DNA of 64,000 nt, from NCBI GenBank assembly GCA_963843375.1, contig CAWJKT010000013.1, forward strand, positions 1 to 64,000, given 5' to 3'. The DNA comes from an uncultured Pseudomonadota bacterium. GTDB lineage: Bacteria > Oederibacteriota > Muellerivitia > Muellerivitales > Muellerivitaceae. The notes below the pieces were generated by a model. The model was not told the DNA's origin. It searched no databases and saw only the letters and a list, made by a program, of their open reading frames with translations. Shown here piece by piece: positions 52,373 through 62,293 of this stretch. A program made the position numbers and the translations under genes. Numbering within the stretch: the stretch's first letter is position 1; every line of letters begins with the position of its first letter.

Positions 52373-53977
52373 GTGTTTATGCCCTTGCGATTACTACAGG
52401 TTTTTATCACCCTATTATTCTTTTTTACCCACCCACTCTTTATCCACCCCCAGGACAACCCCGCTTCACTTTCTGAGCGTCAAAAAGAACTCCAAGTTTT
52501 AAACCGCATAACTTTTGGACCCCGGACAATCGATTTAGACCATATCGAGAAAATCGGGATCCAATCCTTCATTACCGAACAGCTGAATCCCGATAAAATC
52601 GATGATTCAGCCTGTGAAAAAGACCTAAAGAAATTTGATCTTATTGACAAATCCACTGAAGACCTAATGACCCTTTTCCCCGACCCCGCCAATCCTATTC
52701 GGCGACCCGAGTTGAGGGGGAAAATTAGAGACAAGCAATCCGCCGACGAGGCTTATCACAACATTGAAAAAATGGGCCTGGAATTGGCCTCGGCCAAGCT
52801 CACTCGGGCCGTAGAAAGCCGGCGACAGCTCCAGGAAATCATGGTGAATTTTTGGTTCAATCATTTCAACGTGCACTTTTGGAAAAACGAGGTTCCCTGG
52901 CTGATCATTCCCTACGAAAGGGATTCCATTCGTCCCCATGTCCTGGGCAAGTTCCGCGACCTTCTTTTAGCCGTTGCCAAAAGCCCGGCGATGCTTGTGT
53001 ACTTAGATAACGCCAGCAACCATGGTAATCCCACCGGCACCGGAACTATGAAGATCAACGAAAATTATGGTCGGGAGCTTTTGGAACTTCACACCGTAGG
53101 TGTGGACGGCGGCTATACCCAGAATGACGTTATTGAAGCCGCCCGGGTTTTGACCGGTTGGGGAATCCAAGGAATGGGATATAATTCTGCCCCGATTTCG
53201 GTCGTGTTCAAATTCAAACCCTACCAACACGATGACGGTGCCAAAGTGGTCTTGGGCCATACCTTTGGGCCTGACCAGGGGGAGGCGGAAGGCGTCCAAA
53301 TGATCGCCATGCTGGCCACCCATCCTTCAACCGCCCACTTTATCTCCACAAAACTCTGCCGCCATTTCCTCAGCGACGATCCTCCGGAAGAATTGGTCAA
53401 GCGAGTAGCCGCCCGTTTCCTTGCTACTGACGGTGATATCAAAGAAACTCTCAAGGCTATTTTCGATTCTCCGGAGTTTTTCGATCCCCGATACTACAAA
53501 GTCAAGATCAAAACTCCTTTGGAGTTTGTAGCCGGAAGCCTCCGGGCTGCCGGAACCTCCATTATCGGATGGGATTCTGTTTATTGGGACCTTCAAGGCA
53601 TGGGGGAACCTCTTTATCTCTGTGAGCCTCCTAACGGCTACCCGGATGTGGCTAAAGCCTGGATTGGCTCTGGATCGCTCCTAACCCGGCTCAATTTCGC
53701 CACGGATCTCTTCAAAACTCCTTACGGAGGTTACCTGCGTACCGACTTGGATGGACTTGAGGGAAACGTTGTTTACAACGATGGCAAAACCATGTTGAAC
53801 AACCTGATTCACAATTTACTTTTAGATGACATTTCCAAAACCAGTCGACAAGCCCTCGAGAATCAATTGGAAAACCCGGACATCTCCCAAGTGGCTTTGT
53901 TCGGTCATAAAAAAGGGATCGATAACAAGAAACTCGCGGCATTGGTCCTTTCGGTGCCAGAATTCCAAAAGAGGTAA
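52373..53977 (+). CDS. DUF1800 family protein
   Basis: LNRITFGP, FWFNHFNV, SPAMLVYLDN, NENYGRELLELHTVG, KTPLEF, PEFQKR. Confidence 0.9.
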   Translation: MFMPLRLLQVFITLLFFFTHPLFIHPQDNPASLSERQKELQVLNRITFGPRTIDLDHIEKIGIQSFITEQLNPDKIDDSACEKDLKKFDLIDKSTEDLMTLFPDPANPIRRPELRGKIRDKQSADEAYHNIEKMGLELASAKLTRAVESRRQLQEIMVNFWFNHFNVHFWKNEVPWLIIPYERDSIRPHVLGKFRDLLLAVAKSPAMLVYLDNASNHGNPTGTGTMKINENYGRELLELHTVGVDGGYTQNDVIEAARVLTGWGIQGMGYNSAPISVVFKFKPYQHDDGAKVVLGHTFGPDQGEAEGVQMIAMLATHPSTAHFISTKLCRHFLSDDPPEELVKRVAARFLATDGDIKETLKAIFDSPEFFDPRYYKVKIKTPLEFVAGSLRAAGTSIIGWDSVYWDLQGMGEPLYLCEPPNGYPDVAKAWIGSGSLLTRLNFATDLFKTPYGGYLRTDLDGLEGNVVYNDGKTMLNNLIHNLLLDDISKTSRQALENQLENPDISQVALFGHKKGIDNKKLAALVLSVPEFQKR

Positions 53978-53985
53978 TACCCTTT

Positions 53986-55227
53986 ATGAAAAACAAAGAA
54001 AAATCTTTGACCCGTCGGGACTTTTTAAAAGCAGGTGGACTGGCCACCGCAGGACTTGCGGTTTACGCCATGCCCTCCTGGCTCCGGGCAGCCGCCCTTT
54101 CGGCTAACTCCCATGACAAAACTCTGGTAGTTCTCTTCCAGCGCGGGGCTGCCGATGGATTGAACATCGTAGTTCCTTTTGCCGATCCCCTTTATCAACA
54201 TGCTCGTCCAACCATCAGTTTGAAGGAACCCGGAAAAGATGCGGGGGTTTTGGACTTGGATGGAAAGTTCGGACTCCATCCCACCTTATCCACCCTAATG
54301 CCCCTGTGGAAAAACGGGCAAATGGCTATAATCCATGCCGCCGGTTCACCGGATGGAAGCCGGTCCCATTTTGACGCCCAAGACAATATGGAGACCGGAA
54401 CCCCCGGCGTCAGCACCACGCTTGACGGCTGGCTCAACCGGGCCCTGTCCACAACCCTCAAGAATGCCGACCCTTTGACCGCTGTTGCCTTAACGGCTCG
54501 ACTTCCTCTGATCTTACGGGGCAACTATCCCGTTTCGGCCATGACCAGCGCCAACGGCTACGATTTCTCCATGGGCGCCCAGGAATCCGACACTATCGCA
54601 AGTCTTTATGAGGGTTACCCGGAATCCATGGTATCCAACGCTGGTAAGGAAACTTGTGACTCGGTCAAATTAGTTCAAAGTCTGTTGAAAAACGCACCCA
54701 TCTCTTTGGCATCCGCTAATTACAGCCAAAGCGAACTTGGCCACCGTTTTTCCGATCTGGCTAAACTTATCAAAGCTGGGGCTGGTGTCAAAGTGGGTTT
54801 CCTGGATGTCGGTGGGTGGGATAACCATTATGAAGAAGGGTCCATTCAAGGCTACCTTAGTTACGCCTTGAAAGATTTCGGGCAAAACATCGCCGCCTTT
54901 TTCAAGGATTTGGATGAAAAAACAAAGGACGTGATTCTAGTGAGCATGACTGAGTTTGGCCGCACTTTGAATGAAAACGGCGCCCGTGGTACAGACCATG
55001 GTCATGGTAGCGTGATGTTTGTTATTGGAGGGCCCGTAAAAGGCGGCAAAATTTATGGCCGTTGGCCTGGCCTGGAACCTGAGAACCTATATGAGGCCCG
55101 TGATTTGCAGGTAACGACCGACTTTCGCCAGGTTCATTTGGAAGTTCTTCAAAAACACTTGAGAATAACGCATCACTCTTCCGTTTTTCCGGGTTTTAAC
55201 CCCGGCTCAAATCTAGGCTTAGTTTAA
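53986..55227 (+). CDS. DUF1501 family protein with Tat signal
   Basis: TRRDFLK, FQRGAADGLN, SRSHFDAQ, GGWDNH, TEFGRT, GTDHG, DFRQV. Confidence 0.9.
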   Translation: MKNKEKSLTRRDFLKAGGLATAGLAVYAMPSWLRAAALSANSHDKTLVVLFQRGAADGLNIVVPFADPLYQHARPTISLKEPGKDAGVLDLDGKFGLHPTLSTLMPLWKNGQMAIIHAAGSPDGSRSHFDAQDNMETGTPGVSTTLDGWLNRALSTTLKNADPLTAVALTARLPLILRGNYPVSAMTSANGYDFSMGAQESDTIASLYEGYPESMVSNAGKETCDSVKLVQSLLKNAPISLASANYSQSELGHRFSDLAKLIKAGAGVKVGFLDVGGWDNHYEEGSIQGYLSYALKDFGQNIAAFFKDLDEKTKDVILVSMTEFGRTLNENGARGTDHGHGSVMFVIGGPVKGGKIYGRWPGLEPENLYEARDLQVTTDFRQVHLEVLQKHLRITHHSSVFPGFNPGSNLGLV

Positions 55228-55380
55228 ACTCCTTAACCGTTATGAACCTTTTTTTATTGAATTTTAGTTCGATTTTCCACCTATTTCCCTCATTCCATGT
55301 AGGATGTAAGCATCTTTCGGGGCTACAATAGCTTGGAAGAAGTAGTTAAATTTTTAGAAAAAAGTAGAGGTTTTACGCAA

Positions 55381-55581
55381 ATGGCTCAAGGAACAGTGAA
55401 GTGGTTTAAGAACGAAAAAGGTTTTGGTTTTATCTCCCAAGATGGTGGTGAGGACGTATTCGTTCACCATTCGTCCATTCAAGGCGAGGGATACAAATCG
55501 CTGAACGAGGGGGACCGCGTTGAATTCGAGGTCACCCGCGGGGAAAAAGGCCTCAAGGCCGAAAACGTCGTCAAGATCTAA
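55381..55581 (+). CDS. cspA: Cold-shock domain protein
   Basis: GTVKWF, KGFGFI (RNP1), VFVH (RNP2). Confidence 0.93.
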   Translation: MAQGTVKWFKNEKGFGFISQDGGEDVFVHHSSIQGEGYKSLNEGDRVEFEVTRGEKGLKAENVVKI

Positions 55582-55600
55582 CAAGGTCTTTTCGAAACCC

Positions 55601-55638
55601 AAAGCCCCGGAGGCGAAAGCCCCCGGGGCTTTTTTTTT
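55601..55638 (+). terminator. Rho-independent terminator after the cold-shock gene
   Basis: AAAGCCCCGGAGGC-GAAA-GCCCCCGGGGCT stem-loop followed by a T run. Confidence 0.9.
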
Positions 55639-55926
55639 GAGAACTCCTTTATAAAAAAGATTGTCGTTGATTAATGAATGCTTACTTTTGAAATGAAAAT
55701 TAATCGCAAAACCATCCGCCAAATAAAAGGATTTAAATCTGCCGGGATTGAGGAGACAGCTAAAACGAGACCAACCGACAAATAATTATTTATTTTCATT
55801 ACTGAAGAAAACGCGACAGATGAAGAAGCTCATGCCAGGGAAATGAAGTTAGCAAGACCGTCCCAGTCCAAACATCCAGAAATTGGGTACAATCAAGAGC
55901 CAAAGTTTACGAAACAGGATTACTCT

Positions 55927-56439
55927 TCAACTCTTTTCGTACAAACTGACCTTGAATCCGCTGGGGAGTTCCTTAAAGCCGACATTATTGAATTGAAGGT
56001 CTTTGTAATAGTGGTTGATTCGTGGATTCTCCGCCATGCAATCCAAACGTATGATTTTTCCTTTACTTCGGATATAGTCCACAGCCCAATTGAGTATTTC
56101 CTTCCCGACGCCCTTATGGCCAAACTCAGGGAGAATAGCCAGGCCGTGCATATAACCCGCCTTTCCATCCTTGCCCTTCTCATCCCAACTGATCGGATCC
56201 TCCCAAAGGATGGAAATCGTGCCCACCGCCTGAGCACCCTTAAGGACTAGGTAGACTTCTCCTTGGTAAACCCGTTTATAAACCATATCCTCACCCGGTG
56301 CCATCAAGATACCAGCCCATTGATGAATGCCTTTATTTTCCAACCAGCGGGCGGCCTCTTGTTTGATATGGATGACGGTGGATTTGTCTTCCTCTTCCAC
56401 CTTACGAATTGTCAAATCCCCAATAATGCTTTTAATCAT
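55927..56439 (-). CDS. GNAT family N-acetyltransferase
   Basis: WLENKGIHQW, YMHGLAI..HKGVG, RLDC..N..YY. Confidence 0.85.
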   Translation of the reverse strand: MIKSIIGDLTIRKVEEEDKSTVIHIKQEAARWLENKGIHQWAGILMAPGEDMVYKRVYQGEVYLVLKGAQAVGTISILWEDPISWDEKGKDGKAGYMHGLAILPEFGHKGVGKEILNWAVDYIRSKGKIIRLDCMAENPRINHYYKDLQFNNVGFKELPSGFKVSLYEKS

Positions 56440-56447
56440 GGCGAGCC

Positions 56448-56960
56448 TTACTTTGTCATAGCCGAAAGGGCCATGTTGGTACGACGTAATCGGTTGGATA
56501 TGGAGCTAATCAGGGTACGGAAGATACCATAAGCGGCTTTTGGGTTTTGCTGAAGAAAGTTTTGGAAATCGAAACCTCGGATGATGTAGACATCGCAATC
56601 CTCCAAGGCCCGCACCGAGGCCGAATAAGGGGCCCCGTCAAATACGCTCATTTCACCGAAGACTGAACCTTTTTGAAGCTTGGCCAATTGTTTGCCTTTG
56701 GCTCTCCCCCTAATGGTTTTCACTACTTCCGCTTTACCATTGATGAGGATATGAAGATTTCCACCTTGTTGCCCTTCCCGGATGACGAGATCTCCTCTTC
56801 GAAAGTTTTGAACCAAACCCAGTTTAAAAATTTGGTTGTGGACTTTGTTGTCCATCCCCTCGAAAAGATCGACTTCTTTTAAAAAATCGGAAACTTTAGC
56901 GTTCTTTTGGATCGTCATCAAATCCTCCCAGGATGGATAAGAAAAAGGGTTCTCATTCAA
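56448..56960 (-). CDS. Stand-alone cyclic nucleotide-binding domain protein
   Basis: IREGQQG, GSVFGEMS, PYSASVRA. No HTH domain. Confidence 0.85.
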   Translation of the reverse strand: MNENPFSYPSWEDLMTIQKNAKVSDFLKEVDLFEGMDNKVHNQIFKLGLVQNFRRGDLVIREGQQGGNLHILINGKAEVVKTIRGRAKGKQLAKLQKGSVFGEMSVFDGAPYSASVRALEDCDVYIIRGFDFQNFLQQNPKAAYGIFRTLISSISNRLRRTNMALSAMTK

Positions 56961-57092
56961 TTAGACTTGGAACCATAACCATCATAACGCCTGGAGGTTA
57001 ACGGATAAAAAGAAAATATAGCGCTATTGATAAAGGTTAAGACGTTTTTAGGAGAAAAAACCAGTTTAACCCAGGTCTATAGAATTTATGAC

Positions 57093-60000
57093 TTAGTGGA
57101 GGATGACGAGTTTGATTGTTTTTTGATCAGCGACTCCGCCCGCCGGGTTCAGGGAGTCGACTACCGCGATATAGAGGCCGCTGGCCAGTCCTGTGGCGTC
57201 CAGAACGCCTCATTCGTTCCCGGCGAACCATTCACTACCTTTACCAACTCTCCCGCCGTCGTGTAAATACGCACCGACAACGTCAGGGTCTCCGCCGTCG
57301 TGTCCTCAAAGGTCGTGGAAAAATCCGTTCGCGCTAGTCAATATATTCGGTTTCGCCAGCACCGTCCCAATGCCGGTGTTCAGGTTCCCATCCAACACCG
57401 ATATCCTCTGGTCAATAACCGAATCTCCACCCTCGCCGTCCACCGAGTGAATCTCCACGAAATACTGTCCGCTTTGCACAATACTCCCGGTGTCGTTCTG
57501 CCCGTTCCATACCACTGTCGTACCGTTGCTTAAGCTGATCGTAACCTGCGATGGCGTTCCCCCTCCCGACACCCCATTGCTGGGCTCTATCACGCCGGTG
57601 GACAATTGCGCGCTTGTCACGATCGATGCACCCGGGTTGTCCGTATAAGCATAAAGGTGGCGCACCACCTCCCCGGCCGCGTTATAAATCAGCACCGTCG
57701 TCGCATAAAGCTCCCGGCTCACCATCGCCTGGACCGTCGTCGACTCCACCACACCATTGGAATCGATGTTGTCGATCTTGATGTAATAGCTTCCATTCGT
57801 CACCAAAGACCCGTTACTCGTCGTTCCGTTCCAGGTTCCAAGCAAGTAGCCCTCATAGTAAATATTAATGCTGCTGCCGGGCCCGCTGAGGGTCGTAATG
57901 ACATTACTCGCCTGTAAAGTCACGTTCAAAATCGGCTGGGAATACTGGACCACCGGGAATTCCATCACGATCTCCCCTGCCTCGTTGTAAACCCCGATCT
58001 TCACCGTGTACTGTCCGACCACTGGAATACTCACACAACTGGATACCGGAGCGCCGCCCGTGAAGCTTAATTGGGCGCAATTGGTCAGTGTCGTCCCGCC
58101 GTTAATGAAATTGTTCACCTGGGCTGAATAGGTGATCTGGTAACTTCCAGCCGCCAGGTTATTCGGAAGGGTCCAGACCAGTTGGGTGGCCGACGCGCTG
58201 GCGCTCATCACCGGAGTCGTTCCAGCGGGGCTGGTAAGAAACTCTTGGAAAGTCTCGTTAGGCGGCAACACATCGGTGACCGCGACATTGTTCACATTGT
58301 TCCCCGTCACTGCGATCGTCAGACTATAGGTGATCATATCCCCCGATTTCGCGCTGGATTCGGAAGCTTGCTTACTGATGCTCACCGACGAGGGCAGCGG
58401 CGTGTTGGTTGCTGTATTTGTCGGGGTAATAGTCGGGGTATTCGTGAGTGTATTGGTCGCTGTATTGGTAACGCTATTCGTGGGTGTAGCCGTGGCGGTA
58501 AAGGTTTCCGTGTTAGTGGGTGTGTTGGTAGCCGTAAAAGTATTGATCGGCGTATTCGTGGGTGTTGCGGTGGCCGTATTCGTCAGCGTATTGGTCTGGG
58601 TCGGTGTTGGGGTATTCGTCGGAGTATTGGTTGGGGTAAATGTATTTATAGGAGTATTGGTCACAGTATTAGTCGTTGTATTCGTGGGAGTATTGGTTGG
58701 TGTAAAGGTATTAATGGGCGTATTCGTGGGAGTGGTCGTTGGGGTGTTGGTCGGTGTATTCGTTAACGTTGAAGTGGGAGTCAGACTATCGGTATTCGTA
58801 GGGGTATTCGTCGCGGTGGGAGTGATCACGTTTGTATTGGTGGGGGTCAAAGTTATTGTTGGGGTTGCGGTATTAGTCGGTGTATTCGTCGCCGTATTGG
58901 TAAGGGTCGCCGTTGGGGTATTAGTAACCGTATTAGTGGAAGTCGCGGTGGGTGTATTAGTAAGAGTGTTGGTGGAAGTCGCCGTAGCGGTGGCCGTTGG
59001 GGTATTGGTAGCGGTCCGTGTAGGGGTTGCAGTGTCGGTGCTGGTGGCGGTGTTCGTGGGTGTGGATGTTGGTGTTGAGCTATCGGTAATTGTAGGTGTA
59101 CTTGTCGCAGTGGGAGTAATCACATTTGTATTCGTGGGGGTCATAGTTATCGTTGGGGTTGCGGTATTAGTCGTCGTATTGGTTGGAGTGTAAGTAAATG
59201 TTTTAGTCGGGGTATTCGTGAAAGTATTGCTTGGCGTGGGGGTCGGGGAATTGGTGGGGGTAATAGTTGGGGTTAATGTCGGAGTATTCGTAAGCGTATT
59301 GGTAGGGGTAGCCGTATTCGTTTTCGTAGGTGTATTAGTCAGGGTAAGTGTGGGAGTAGATGTATTTGTGTTGGTCGGGGAATTGGTGGGGGTAAGGGTC
59401 GGAGTAAGTGTATCCGTATTAGTGAGTGTATTGGTGACGGTCTTCGTCGGGGTATTGGTGAAGGTATTGCTTGGAGTGGGAGTCAGGGTATTAGTGGGAC
59501 TGTTGGTCGGCGTGGCTGTGTTCGTATTGGTCAGGGTATTAGTGGGAGTATTGGTATTCGTCTTTGTCGGAGTATTAGTGAAAGTATTGCTGGGAGTCGG
59601 GGTGAGAGTATTCGTGGGGGTGAGAGTGGGAGTATAGGTTGGCGTGATCGTAGGGGTATTCGTGGGGGTAAAAGTCGGAGTTTTAGTCGGGGTATTAGTG
59701 AAGGTCTCTGTAATCGTGGGGGTTGGGGTGTTGGTCGCCGTATTCGTCGGGGTATGCGAGGGCGTAGGCGTGGGGGTATTGCAGAGTAACACCGCCGTCA
59801 CGGCATTGGATGTGACCGCCGCATCCCCGGTGGCTGTAATGGCCGCCTGATTGATGTAAGTTACCGAACTTGCGCCTCCGCAGGTCACCGATCCCCACCA
59901 AGTGATGGCCCCCGACAAGTTATAAACCGTTGCGGGGAAATTCCAGGACAAGTTGGGGCCCGAACCGGGACAAGCTATCGCCGTTGTAACCCCGGAATTG

Positions 60001-61931
60001 GCCGTGCTGCAACCCACATAAGTCATTCCTGTCGGCACAACATCGGTCAATTGCGTATTCACCACCGCGTCGTCCGTGAAAAGCATCAAGTTCCCATAAT
60101 TATCCTGAGCCGAGGTAGAGTCTAACTGCCATCCCTGCTCCCATAGCCCACCCGGACAGGTCAAATCCGAGGACGGGAGACTACACGATGTGCTTTGAAC
60201 CAGGGTATTGGTTCCCTTCAGGTACAAGTCCATGGTGATGTTGTAGCCAGCGCCGGTTTCCTGCACCGTGGCGACCATGGTGTACCATTGGCCGGCTACC
60301 GGCGCGGTTCCGGTTTTGGTGACGCAGGGCCAACTCGCCCCGGCGGCTCCGTTATTAACTTGCAGGAAAATATAACCCGGGTTGGGATCCAGCGACATCC
60401 CGGCCATAAGGGCATAGGTCACCCCTCCGCTCACCTGGTAGGCAAGCACCATAGTGGCGTCCCCTCCCGCACTTGAACCAGCGGCTCCCGACGCTCCCGC
60501 CGGAATTTCCATGTCCCCTTCCACCGTGAAGGCCGTGCCAGAGCACAAGCTCACGCCCCCACTGTTGCGGATCAGCAGGGGAAAATCTGTTCCGGTTGTA
60601 CTATAACAAGCCGTAGGCATATTCCCGCCAAGGTAGTTATTCCCGTCCGGCCCTTGAACCACCGTGTAACCGGCTCCAGTGGCATCAGCGGAACAATTAC
60701 AGCCACCAGAACCACACGCTTCAAACGTATAGCCCGCTCCGCCCATTCCCTCAATGCTGCCATCCGAGGTGTTGGCCGAATCATTGTCGTAAGAATCGTA
60801 CCATTGCAGGCTTTCCCCATTGATGTTGTAGGTGAGGGTATAGGTCTCATCTTGTCCTGGAGCCAAAACCGCCGAGGACTGGGCCTTAAGAAGCTGGAAT
60901 CCCCCTCCATTCACCGTGGCCTTGGCTGTATTGGTGGAGGAGGAGGTGCCCCCAGCCGGGTTGACAGTCGCTTGGTTGGAGATGACAGTGCCGTTGGCCG
61001 TTCCGGCGTTCACTTGCACCAGCATCCAAACCTGGCCCGTTTGATTTTTTCCGTTGCCGGGAATTGTCCAGACCACGGGGCCCGCCCCTGACGCATACTC
61101 CGAGGGGCCGTCCGACACCAGAGTCGTATTCGCCGGAATCGGGTCGCTGATGGTGTTGTTGCCTGTCGTGGCATCGAAATCGTAATTGATCGAGAAAAGA
61201 ATATAATCGCCGGGCGCTGCGCTGGCGCCGTCGGCAATGTTCCCGTTCACCGTCTTAACTGCCGTTCCAGTGGGTGTGCTGGAATTGGGGATCGTGACGC
61301 AAGCTTCTTCCGTTACACCTGCGGTGCTGCAATTCAACACATTGGCCGCTTCCACGGCCGTGAAACAGTAAGTCACCCCATAGGTATCGGCCGGCAATTC
61401 ATAGTAATAGTCCTGTGTGATGGTCAAACACTGGCTTGTGCCAGTCCATGCCGGGGTGGCTCCCGGCGTCGGAGTCGCCAATTCGGGGATTGATACCCCC
61501 GCTTGACCCCCATCACTATCCCAGGGAATCGTATCACTCCCATTTTGATTGACCCCGTTTACGTCCGCCAAAAAGTATTGCCCTGCGGTCGCGATATTGC
61601 AGCTTTCAATGGATGCCGCACCGCTATTGTTGACGGCCAACATCAAAGAAGTGTATTCATAAAAATCCGAATTGCAGTAACTGACGGCGATCGTAACCGT
61701 TTGGCCCGGAACCGGATTAGGGGGGGTAATGGTTAGGGATATCGGGGTAACAACATCCTGGGCTGACGCGAAAGAAACAAAAAGCATCCACAAAATCACC
61801 CCAAAAGCCACTCGGCATCTGCCCAATAAACTAAGCCACGAGGAGATGACCCGGGTTGGAAGAGCTCGGGTTACGCATGTAAAAGGCAGCTTGATTTGTT
61901 TGGTTTTAAAGAAAGGGGTTTCAAATATCAA
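57093..61931 (-). CDS. Large exported surface protein: Cys-containing beta domains with DUF11-like repeats, about 460-aa (Thr-X)n stalk, DUF11, three FlgD-Ig/CTD-like domains; two indels near the 3' end
   Basis: ORF 57306-61931. Hand translation past indels at about 57320 and 57200 gives ..[33 protein letters not shown] (TAA at 57093). Confidence 0.8.
58395..59780 (-). repeat. Low-complexity coding tract of alternating Thr-X (TPTN-type) repeats
   Basis: Read from the translation; its antisense produces spurious Val/Gly-rich ORFs. Confidence 0.9.
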
Positions 61932-62293
61932 TTCACTTGCCGTAACTTTCCAGGTCTTAATTCGTTCATTACCTTCAAAATAATGGCCGCATTTTATGGT
62001 TAAAATTCTGCAATTTCTATGCCCCTTTTACAGTGCACTATGTTTTTATGATGTTATAAACATCTGAGTTTCACGGAAAACAAAAACAGGCGAATATTGT
62101 AATCTTTTCGGAAGGATAATTCGTTTGGAATCTTACAGTTTTTGGAAAAAATACGACAATTCGCGCGGAAAGTACTTCAGGAAGATGTTTTTGATGAAAT
62201 CTTGCATTTCTAAATGATACCAACAGCCATTAGAACTCATTTGACAAAAAAAAGATGGATTATAAGGTCAAATTTAAGACTGGGTAGGGATGG

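Noticed and set aside
57093..58010. FlgD-Ig-like domains as the missing flagellar hook cap
   Set aside because: They are C-terminal modules of a Sec-exported protein and lack the FlgD N-terminal region
61935..62290. AT-rich intergenic region as an ncRNA or origin
   Set aside because: No convincing stems, iterons or DnaA-box array seen; probably just promoter sequence
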